Of a stretch of 39,890 nucleotides of DNA, positions 12,035 through 22,771 are shown piece after piece. A program made the position numbers and the translations under genes. Source of the DNA: Paecilomyces variotii (lineage: Eukaryota); NCBI GenBank assembly GCA_004022145.1, contig RCNU01000017.1. One strand, given 5' to 3'. Each line of letters starts with the position of its first letter. Position 1 is the stretch's first letter. Below the pieces are notes generated by a model that made no database searches, was not told the DNA's origin, and saw only the letters and a program-made list of their open reading frames with translations.

Positions 12035-12543
12035 AGCTTCTCATCTGAATAATGTCCATTTCCTGTGAGGGTCAAGCGGTGGTATTATTTCGCTTTATTA
12101 ACGCTCTCGTACATGTGCTTCTTGTCAGCTTTTCCATCTATCAAGACTCTCACGCGCCTCAGAAAGTTTCATCACCTGTGCTCTCTTTTCATGATACCCA
12201 CTCGATCCTTTGATTTACGAACCTTACGACATGCTTTTGAAACTTTTTGTCTCTTCGTATATAGAACGGTCGTTTTCCATTTCTTGGACATTAACTAGTC
12301 TCTTAGATCTGACGCAATAAGAGAATTTCATAACTATAATTTTGCTTCAACTGCATTGAATCTCCTGCCACCCCACAGGACACGATACAACTCTCCGCCG
12401 TGAACCAAACAACTTAGATATGCTCAAATGATGAGTAGCGCTGATTTTCCCCACTCCCCAGTGGAAATTGCTAGCTTCGTTATACAACACCAAACACCTA
12501 ACGTAATGCGGTTCATGCTCATCATCCAGGAGGAAAAAGGGAT

Positions 12544-13788
12544 TCAAGCGCGCACACCAGCAATGAGTGTCTTGATTCCCTTTCCAGCCTTGACGTCCAT
12601 GAATGCTTGCTCCGCATCCTGGAACTTGACCGTGCCCGTAATCAGCTCCTTCACATTGACCTTGCCTGAGGCAACCAGGTCAACAGCCAGCTTGTAATCG
12701 CCGCTGCTGTAACGGAAACTGCCCTTGATGTTCAGTTCCTTAGAGCATGCGGCCATGATAGGGAATGTGATCTCGTCCTTGCCCATTCCTCCCTGGACGT
12801 AGGTACCTCCGGTCCGCAGGACGTGAATACCAGTGTGCACGGAGGGCTCTGCGCCAGACGCATCGATGGCGATATCTGCACCGGGGCCGAGATCATTCTC
12901 CTCCTTCATGCGGGCCGCGTTCTGTACGGCGGGCACCTTCTCCGGAGCAAAGACGGAGGTCGCGGCGTACTTCTTCGCGAACTGCAGTCTAGTCGGCTGG
13001 ATATCAACGGCGATGACCTTGCTGGCTCCGAACGCCCTGGCGACCGCACAGCACAGCAATCCAACAGGACCAGCTCCGAAGACGACAACGGAAGTTCCCG
13101 GTCGCACGTCCGCCTGCTTCACGATATGCACGGCAACTCCGAGAGGCTCAATGGCCGCTCCCTCCTGGAGAGTCATCGACGAAGGGAGCTTGTAGCAAAA
13201 GTCCTCGGGCAGGACGTAGAACTCTGCCAGAGTACCGTCGTAGGGAGGAGTGGCGGCGAAGGCCATGTTGTAACAGAGGTTGTATTTGCCCGACTTGCAG
13301 GGCTCGCATCTGCGACAGGGGACGCCGGGCTCCAGAGCGACCTGGTCTCCGGGCTTGACGCTCTTGACGGCAGAGCCAACCTTGACGATGACGCCGGAGG
13401 ATTCATGACCAAGGACCATGGGGTCCTTGACGACGAATTGGCCAATCGAACCGTGTTCCCAGTAGTGGACCTATGCAAGTAGACAAGAGACGTAAGTACC
13501 TTGTGTGCGAAGAGCAACAGAGTATTGTACATAGTATACTCTAATGATGCAAGTTTGGAGCTAGCATTGGAAGACGTACATCACTTCCACAGATACCGGT
13601 ATATCTGACATTGACCAACACATCGTGAGGGTCCTTGAGCTCGGGGACCGGACGAGGCTCGAATTTGACCTTGTGGATGCCCTCGAGGACGAAAGAGAGA
13701 TTCTAGTAGGATGGATGATTGGATTAATTTATCATTCGGATATGTAAGCTGCTAAACTCACCTCTCCCGTTTCACTCAGGTTCGACAT
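12544..13788 (-). CDS. xdhA: Xylitol dehydrogenase / D-xylulose reductase (Zn-dependent MDR, sorbitol-dehydrogenase-like); exons 13788-13762, 13702-13580, 13470-12544
   Basis: NLSFVLEGIHKVKFE, YTGICGSDVHYW, MVLGHESSG, structural-Zn cysteines CRRCEPCKSGKYNLC, FGAGPVG Rossmann motif, KGSFRY. Two GT-AG introns in frame. Confidence 0.92.
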
Positions 13789-14098
13789 AATGTATGGAAT
13801 ATTTCTTGTCTGAAGTGCGCAATGCCAACTGCCTTATTGCTAGCTATGTGGCGGAAAGCGGTCTCAAGCTGCGTGACGCAGAGTATACAGTTAAAAGGTG
13901 CGAAAAGACAATAATATAACCTTCCCAAGTACGCACTGCCGGAATTGAGCCTGAGAAAAATCGTATAGTAGTACTAATAAATAATAATAATAACTGGGGT
14001 GTCAGTCTGGCAATAATAATACAGTTAACAACACATCATACCACAAACCAACGCGGGGCAAAAAGGGCCCAGGCCGGTTGGTGGGGGACGCTGGTTGA

Positions 14099-14759
14099 TT
14101 TAACCGTCGGTGAGAGAGCATCGCCGTCAACATGACTTTAACCGGGAGGCCATCAACTCAGCCTCTTCACTTAACCGTCTTGACGGTATTATTTATTATT
14201 GCAGAATGCAGATGAAGAGGCTTTTATATATAGGGTCATTATCGCAGTCCAGATCTTGACTGTGGCTTGCTTAACCAAAGAGAAAGAGAGAAACATTGGT
14301 CTTGGAGATGGGGATTCAGTCACTAAGCTCACCAGTTTAAGATCTTCCGTAAGTATGATCCCTTAACTATTTTTCTTCCTGGTCTATATTTTGACTATTA
14401 TTATCATTATTATTGTATTATTATTATGTATTGTTATCTTATCCCACATGAATCTAACCACGGATCTATAAATAACTTATAATATCCCTGGAGGGTCACC
14501 AACCCCTAGTTACTGTATCTCCATTCCCCACGGATTCCACGGAAATACTTCTCCTCTACTCGAAGATCCAGCCCCGGCCCCACAGCATCAGCCCGCGATT
14601 CAGGCTACGGGGAAGAAAAAATGAAACTGTTCAGCCAGCTGGCTAAATAAAAGGGGATGCCACTTCCTCATGCCGTGGGCTAAGTCTTGCGGTGTCGAAA
14701 GATGCAATCACGATCGCAATGTTGTCATTAGTAATTCTCACCAAGCGATTCCGGTTAAA
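14099..14759. promoter_or_regulatory. Cluster of XlnR/AraR-type sites upstream of xdhA
   Basis: CGGTTAAA on minus at 14099-14106 and 14137-14144, CGGTTAAG on minus at 14170-14177, CGGTTAAA on plus at 14752-14759, GGCTAAA at 14641-14647. These match the CGGNTAAW/GGCTAA consensus known for Aspergillus pentose regulators. Confidence 0.65.
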
Positions 14760-15797
14760 GATCGTACGAATAACATGCTACTCCATGCTCTTGACAATAA
14801 TCATGATAATAATATCCATCTCTGGCTCAATGATCCAGATGATCACAAGATCCCGTAGATAATAATAATAATAACCCCTCAAGAAACTCATCTCAGAATG
14901 CCCACTAGGGCTGCGCCCTTCCAGGCCAAGATCCGATGCTTCTGGAAGCTGAAGATCCTTCGTTCTGACGTGGATCTTCTCCATATCTATCTATCGGCAT
15001 GCAGGCCTGATCCACCGCCCATGAGGAATAGGAATATCATCTTCATCCCGACTTCTTGATTCGCATAGATTGTGTGTTGGTTTGCCGGCACCGGTTACCC
15101 GACTGCAGTCAACGAAGCGGACTAAGTTAGATTCTTGCTATCCGTAACTATGTACCATATACGTTAGCTGATATCTAGCGGTCCCGTTTGGTGCGCGGCT
15201 ACTCCGGCAGCGTTCATGCGGCACAGCAATAATAATAATAATAATGGCCATCACCACGCGACTCGAGTCCAACGTACGGGGGATATGTGAGCAAAGCTGT
15301 ATCTGTTGCAGCTCTGGTCTGTCCACAGTCAGTCTGCCACTATCACAGCATCTGCAACTGATGAACTGATTCATCCCTGAGACCGGGGACGGCGGAAGAA
15401 TTAAGTCTCACTAGATATCATTAACTTAATTAATTAATTAATGATTATCGAGTCTTGACGCCAGTACGTTCTGGAAACGGGTCAACTGGTCTGTGCGGGC
15501 GACGGACAGGGATGATCACGCAGTCTGCTCCGCCTCACCGCCTGCACCTCTTCCTCATCGATGATCAGTCCCCGGATTGTCCTGTCCTGGACTTTCATCG
15601 ACGCGAGTTCTCGAGACGCGGCCGCAGCTACTTGCAGCATTGTTGCATTTCCCTGACCTTTGCTGCCTGTGTCCGGTTCAAGTCGCTGGCGACATGCATC
15701 TCGAGATCTCAACCAGCCTTATCGACTCTTAACTACCTATAGCGCCAGGAAGAGGAGGGTGTTACCCCCCCCCCCCCAGCCGATATCATCGTTTCTG

Positions 15798-17297
15798 ATG
15801 GCTTGTCCTGATACCCAGATCATTCGAGGGGTAGTGGCGGCAGAAACACTCATCTCTGAAAAGGACGCAGCCGATCCGTTTCTGCATAGCGAACAGGACA
15901 TTGATTCCGCCCTCTTCGAGAAGATGGCCGGCCCAACCACAACCACCTTCCCCCGATCTCATCCTCACAGTTCTCAACGGTCATCCGGCTCTTCATCCAG
16001 ATTCACAGGCTCCAAGGGCTCAATCGGTTCGACGACCCTGACGGGCTCTGGGGTGTCCATTCCGGAAGTGAAACGTCGACCGTCTGTTTCCTTCGGCATT
16101 ACCCCTGACCCAGATCTGTCTTCAGCGGAGGAGACCTGGATCTCAGATCTGCATCAGCGTTTCGGCCTACAACAGCCATTGGACCAGCAGAATGACTCGA
16201 CAGCAGCCATTCTCACACCACCAAAACCGCGATTTGCCAGGACGAGCAAGACCAAGAACACGCAGTTCAGGCCTATCAGAAGGACATCTGACGACGGCCA
16301 CCCGCCCCCGATTGAGATCCCCCGATCAGTAGCCATGCCTGAAGGTCTCGGGATTCGGACGGATTTCCAACAGGACACTGAAGACGGTGATTCCATCACC
16401 AGTATCCCTATCCGCCGAAGCACGTCGGGTTTTCATCATCGGTCGGTCAGCGGGGCTTCACAATTCTCGTCAACCACATCAAGTACGACTAGATCAGCGT
16501 CTCAGCACGTGCATCCGATGCGAAAGACGCCGTCCTGTTATACCCCTCCGTTGGGCCAGTCATTTCAGAACTACAATGGTGAAAGCGAGCCTTCTGCGGA
16601 TACGGACGAGTCGTCTTCTGACACGATCTTTCCCCGTCACTCGAGTCTGGACTTGATCCGGGAGTCCGTCACTTCCACAGGCACGTCGTTCCACCGTCCA
16701 AAGTTGACTCGGGACAGCTCTCTCCCCAGGTTTTCGGAGTCGTCTCAGACGACGTTCATTGGAAGGCGTTCATTCGGCCACAACCGAGACAGCACGGGCG
16801 CTCTGGAACCGATCTCACCGATATCCCGATCCTCGTTGGATTTCGGGTTTCGGAAGACGCGCACCAGCACTGACCCGGATCCAATTTCTCGCGCGGCCAC
16901 GGTCCAGGCTGCCCGTCAGGCTTTCGAGGAGAAAGAGGCGGCCAAGAACCGTAAATACGAAAAGCAACAGCTGAAAGCGCAAGAGAAAGAACAACGGCGC
17001 AAGCAGAAGCAGCTGTGGCAGAGGTACCGGGATGTTGATGTGGACAACCTGGAAGATGCCACCGGTCCTGAAGAGCCAGTGTCCGAGAAGACCAGCGAAG
17101 ACGAAGGCCCGGCATCGAACGCAAGTCTTCGAGACCCGTCTGGTGAGCAAGGCCGGCCCGGGATGGCCGCATCACTTACAGGGAAGAGCAGATCGCATCC
17201 GTGGAAGACCAAAACGCGGAATACGTGGGTGCTCTTCTTGACCTGGTTACGGACGCGAGTTTTCAAAGTCACCCGGAAACTACGCCGATCCCGATGA
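15798..17297 (+). CDS. Uncharacterised Ser/Pro/Thr-rich protein with a predicted coiled coil and an aromatic/basic C-terminal helix (start 15798 or 15924)
   Basis: Long open frame with coding-like composition; AARQAFEEKEAAKNRKYEKQQLKAQEKEQRRKQKQ; C-terminal WVLFLTWLRTRVFKVTRKLRR. No catalytic motif recognised. Confidence 0.75.
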   Translation: MACPDTQIIRGVVAAETLISEKDAADPFLHSEQDIDSALFEKMAGPTTTTFPRSHPHSSQRSSGSSSRFTGSKGSIGSTTLTGSGVSIPEVKRRPSVSFGITPDPDLSSAEETWISDLHQRFGLQQPLDQQNDSTAAILTPPKPRFARTSKTKNTQFRPIRRTSDDGHPPPIEIPRSVAMPEGLGIRTDFQQDTEDGDSITSIPIRRSTSGFHHRSVSGASQFSSTTSSTTRSASQHVHPMRKTPSCYTPPLGQSFQNYNGESEPSADTDESSSDTIFPRHSSLDLIRESVTSTGTSFHRPKLTRDSSLPRFSESSQTTFIGRRSFGHNRDSTGALEPISPISRSSLDFGFRKTRTSTDPDPISRAATVQAARQAFEEKEAAKNRKYEKQQLKAQEKEQRRKQKQLWQRYRDVDVDNLEDATGPEEPVSEKTSEDEGPASNASLRDPSGEQGRPGMAASLTGKSRSHPWKTKTRNTWVLFLTWLRTRVFKVTRKLRRSR

Positions 17298-17794
17298 CCG
17301 TGAGACATGTGTTATATTGTATATATGATAATCTGGGCAGGAAGCCATCTTTTGTTGCGTGTTATTTTTCTTTTTTTGATTGATGTCCAGGCAGGACTCC
17401 AGGACAATGTTGCGCATGCATTGCTGGTATCATCTTTCCTAGCTCATGCCAGACCGAGTGTTGCCCCTTGAGAGCCCCGGTCCTCTGTGTTTAGCTGGTG
17501 GCTTGGATTATAACTATGCCGCTCCTGTACTGCGATGTTTGCTCCAGCGAAATATTGTCTTCGGTGGACAATCCCATCTATTTGGGTCAGTTTCCTTGTA
17601 TACTATACAGATTTCAAGTTTCAGGAAATACAGTTGCATCTAGAGATTAATTTTAGCTATCAGTCTATTGTTGGTCTGGTCATGGATCCTTTTGTAGATC
17701 TGTTCTAGATAGACTAGAATGCTGTTGATCCGCCAGCGATGCCTGGAATAATAATAATAATATCGTTCATAATTACCAGTAGAGACCAGGGCAT

Positions 17795-17817
17795 ATCACG
17801 TGATGCCTCCACGTGAC
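17795..17817. promoter_or_regulatory. Tandem E-boxes (bHLH sites) about 210 bp upstream of the Clr5-domain gene
   Basis: ATCACGTGAT palindrome at 17795-17804 and CCACGTGAC at 17809-17817 (Cbf1/SREBP-like). Confidence 0.5.
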
Positions 17818-18023
17818 TACACACTTTGACTCTCCGCCTTCACTGCTGATGATCGCCTCCCAACTCTACGGCGTACAGGAGCGACAGGAAGTGACTCGAC
17901 TCTCTACGGCGGTCCACACGGACATCGCTCTCCTCCCGCTCTAAACGCGACTCTTCCGATAACTATACCAGCAGCTTGTCCACGAGGAGCGGTGGGTGCT
18001 CCCCCGCAGACTGCGTGCCCGTC

Positions 18024-20008
18024 ATGGTTTACGACTGGGAGGGGAAACGCGACATATGTTACCAAATGTATATCAAGGACAAGAAGGCGCTGGAGGAGAT
18101 CATGGAGTATATGAAAACAAACCACCAGTTTGCTCCGAGGTAAGCTCCACTGCTTGCGTCTTTGTTTTCTGATGGAGCTATCGTATACGAGTCCCAGTCC
18201 AATGACGGAAGATCTCCTACTTGTTTGCCCACGTCCATGTCGTATAGCATATGTTCGTTTTTTTTGATTACTACAAGAACTATTTCAGGATGCTTACACT
18301 TTTACTTAACCTCACTAGTAAGCGCGCCTTCCAAACGCAGTTCAAACGATGGGGATTTCCCTCGAAACAGAATCCGGCTCATAAAAATGCCAGTCTCGTG
18401 GCGCGCGTCAAGGAGCTCTGGGAATGCAACACGAGTCAGCGGGATATGCTCCGGATCCTGAATGAGGAAGGCTTCAGCATCAAGGAAAGAGAACTTATGC
18501 GCGTGCGCGCCAAAAATCGCTGGCTCCTTCGTGTTCCCAACGGGATGAAATCTCATTCTACCGTTCAGCCGCAGACTTCACCAACGGAGGACGAGGGGTT
18601 GCTTGCATTGCAGCAGGAGATCTATGAGAACGACGCGGCCTTTGATGGAAACCAAGCTCTACCTCCCCGACCAGCCCCGCAGAGACCACCATCACCGGGC
18701 TTGTCGCCTGAGGTTCTCATGAAACGTAAAGAACGGTTGGAACGGTTACAAGCAGAGAGCGCAGAACGATGGGCTACTCGGAAGAGACGTCGTCGGACTC
18801 GAGGCTGGGCAGGTCTGCCTGCTGATCCGCCAGGTCCGCCGCGTTTCCCATCCGAGACGACCATCGACGAGAGCAAGCAGTATCTCAATTTGGACAATGC
18901 TATGTATCGACGGATTCGTGATCACTTCCAGAGGATCTGCGAAGAGGCTGGTTTCATCAAGAAGACGGTGGCCGGTCCCGAGCGATGGCAGGAGGCAAAA
19001 GACCGTCTGATTCGGGAATCACCGCACCTACAGAGCGTCTTCTGGGAAGACCCGAACCAGCTTGATGCAAAGGCATTGGCACTTGATGTCGTCTGTACCG
19101 ACGTGACCAAACGTATGAGGACGCTGGAACGTCGGATGACGATTGCGGAAGCTAAGAACGCTCTTGGGATAAACCCAGAGGAGAGTCGCCAGATTCGGAA
19201 TGCGTTCTATAACACTTTGAAGGCCGACCACTTCACCAGTAAGCTAGAAGCTGGCGATGAGCATTGGAAGGAGTTAAAGGAACAATGGATTCGGGAATCA
19301 GAACTGCTTCAGCGCATACTTGCCCCAGGACCTACGGATCCCAAGCACGCCACCAAACTGAGGGCTATGGAAGTGCTTTGCCGCGATGTCATGAAGCGAC
19401 TGCGTGATGATCAAACGAAACGAGATCCTTCTCGCAAGCGATCTACCTCCCATCAGGGGAATGGTGTGCAGCAGAGCCCTGTCCCGAAGAATGATACTAC
19501 TGCCACTGCAGACAATCCGTTCAGCAGTGATATCAGCAATGGCATAAGCACGTTGGCATCACAAGCCCTTGCCAGTGCACCTATGGTTGCTAGCGAGATG
19601 GGCGACATGCAGATCGACCCGTCCTTGCTCCAAGCTGCTAACGATCCTTCCTTTGCAGCTGGTTCGCAGCATCACGAGGGACCCCCGTTTGGATACGTGG
19701 ACCCGATGCTCGAGCCTCCGGTTCTGCATATCCCAATCTATCTCCGCGTCAGCCCACAGAGCCAGATTCACGCCGCATCGAAGACGTGGGGTGAGAAACT
19801 GGGGTCACGCACCGTGTCCGAACTGCGACAGCTCTCCGCTAACAGGTTCCCTGGTGCTATAGTCACCAGGATCGAGGGCGTCGACACGGACGAGAACGGA
19901 AACGACGTCTCCTTTCAGATTGATGAAGATCATGAACTGGACGCTTATCTCTCGCATGTCCACGGGAGAAAAGCGTCTTTCCTGCTCTACTTGGACCCGA
20001 TGCGATGA
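18024..20008 (+). CDS. Clr5-domain protein; exons 18024-18139, 18319-20008
   Basis: Spliced N-terminus MVYDWEGKRDICYQMYIKDKKALEEIMEYMKTNHQFAPSKRAFQTQFKRWGF fits the Clr5 pattern (W...Y...L..IM..M...F.PS.R.F...F..WGF). Intron 18140-18318 is GTAAGC...TAG. The ORF track misses exon 1. Confidence 0.87.
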
Positions 20009-22771
20009 AATGTATTGATTGTGATATCGAACTCGCGCGGACGTTGCGAGCTTCAACCACCTGCTATCGATCTTTCTAAATCCATTATGGATGTTTGGAA
20101 TTAGCGAAGGTGTCCGGGAGTTATCTAAATTGCGTGGCTGGGATGGGATCTCTACTGATGGGTACGCGATTCAATGGACTTGATTCTGATTCTTGGATTA
20201 TCCTTTGTGATCGATGCGTCCGTAGACTTGTAGACTTGTAGACCCAGTATATTCTCACCGAGTAATCTACCTACCTAGTACCTAGGTTATTTCGAGTCCT
20301 TCATTGACCATCACGGAAATCTAGCGTCACCACCAATGGGGATTCTTTCCGATTAAACTTCCTAATAGCTTATGCGAATAGTTAATCTGAACATGGCCTT
20401 TCTTCATCCATGTTATTTTACTTTGGTTGCGCTGTATGCTGCCTGATTGTTAAATCAGCGCAGGATGACATAACGTAGGCATCATGACGCTAGTTAACTA
20501 TGGTAGGCGAGGTTTGACTTTTGGCATAATCCTACTACGTAGCATGGTGCTTGAAGATCTGAGATCTCACTGGGCTAAATCATGATGGGATATTTTATCA
20601 TTCTACTAAGATAGATGGGTTAAGAAAGAGGAATTAGAATCAGCACAAGGAAAGCAGGTAGATAGAGGCAAATGTCCCAGCCGGCGCCAGTTGAAACCAT
20701 GATAGGAGTCAGCAGCACAGTGGTCAGCTAGGTGACTATCCGGGAGAATGCCGGAGGCATATAATAATAATAATAATGATAATGATGTGAGCACCCGCAT
20801 AACGACGAGACCTTCGATTAATACTCGCCTACCATATTTCCATGGCCCTACCCTACCATACCTATTTAGATCCGCAACTGAATTCCGAGCTACTATTACT
20901 TACATCTTACATATTACATACCGATTTCGTAGATAGATACGTAGGTAGTTTAGTTACTTTATTAGCGGTAAGTTAATTAAGTTACCTGAACTCGTGGACG
21001 CGGGGTTGTGGTTATTGTTATGTTTTAGTTAACTAGTAAGTCATACAAACGTCATTGAATGAACGAGAGCAAAGAAAGCTCCGAATCTCCGATACCACAT
21101 GGCATATGGTATGGCATGCCACACGCATACCCCTCTGTGGGTACATGTCAGGTTTCGGTGTCTGTACCGATTTGATATGTGGAAAATGACGAAGAAAAAA
21201 AAGGCGGAGATGATGAGTCGTTGATTATACGTTAAAGGCTCATGTCTATAGCTGGATGGGTATACATACGTGGGAAGATGGCTATAACTAACTATTGACC
21301 CGAGAGTTATGAGTCACTAGATATCTAGCTACGCGATAATAACGGTGGAGTGAAGTTAAGTAATTCGTAACTGCCAAGTAGCGACAAGAACTTGGCGATA
21401 ATTCCCTTGGTGCATAAGGTATGTAAAGCCCTTGGCGATGATGAGTCTTTAGCCTAATTCGTATGTATGTACTTGACTTGTAGAGTATACACTAGATACC
21501 TACTCCGTATAGCTATACACGTTCAAATTCCCATCCCCGTTCGCATTTATGTCTCACACATGCAGCAGAAGTGCAGTCGAGATCGAGATCCACAGAATCA
21601 GTACTCCGTACGCAACGCGAATAAAGAAATAGACGAACGGAGTAGAGAAATTGATAGACAGGTACAGTACACGATCGACTAACTAACTTACATTCGTCCG
21701 ACTTAACTAACTAGTAGTTTAGTTACTCAACGGCAACGTTTACATATAGAGTAACTTAGACGACCTACTCAAAGTCTCAACTACCTAGGTAGATGATATT
21801 AGGATTAACATGTTCAATGCACTAAAGTCCCCTGGACCAAATAATAACCGGCTGGAGTAGTTAGTAGTTGGTTTTAACTGTTAGGTAATTTAATCAATGG
21901 TGAAATTGCTCCATAGTTAAACTAGCAATATGGATTCATATGATTATTATTATTACACTGCTCTCGAGTAATAGTTAAATAATATTATCCATTTTCCCGA
22001 TCCCAATTAGTTAGTGGACTCTACTAAGCTAAAGCATGACCGCATTTGGGCAAAATCTCTTCCGCAGGCGGTCACAGCAGTTGACTCCACCGGATCCACC
22101 TTGTGTGGGGGAGGGCGGGGATCGACGCGCCAAAGAGAATCGCCGTGCGCATCCTGGCCAGGGGTCCACTGGGTTCGCTTCGCGCGAAAAACTTAAAAGT
22201 GTGATGCGCGGAGAGAGTTCAGGCGAGAGTGGGGTCCCGGTGGAGGATCGACTCCACTCTTGCCGGATTGGGAGAGCAGCACCGACACCCCGATCCACGG
22301 GGAAGTTACGGGGGGAGAGACTTCGTGGGTCAGCTTTGAGGGTTTTTCTTTTTCTCTTTTCTAGACATACGGAGTACTCCGTGCATGTGGTAGCTGCTTG
22401 TGTATCCTTGCTGACCGACACTTACGCGGCAATGGTCAGGGTCAAAGCGATCTAGTCTAATGCTTCACTCTACAGCAGGATCCATCTACGGTGGATGATC
22501 AACAAGAACAGTTTCAAAGGGTCGTAAACCCACGAGAGTGGTTCTATTTTCTTATATCAAATAAGAAAATTCACATGAGAAATCTAGCATACATAACATA
22601 ATGAGCAATAGGTATCTGGTTGCGACATAAAGCAAAAGTGGGCATAAAATGTGCGTTCCAAGTCATAGTGAACATAAGATCTTCTTTGCTCATGTTCCAT
22701 TGACTTCGCATTTCAATACAGGCAAATATATGCCGTCGTCATAATACCTGTAGTAACATGATTTTTTCGGT

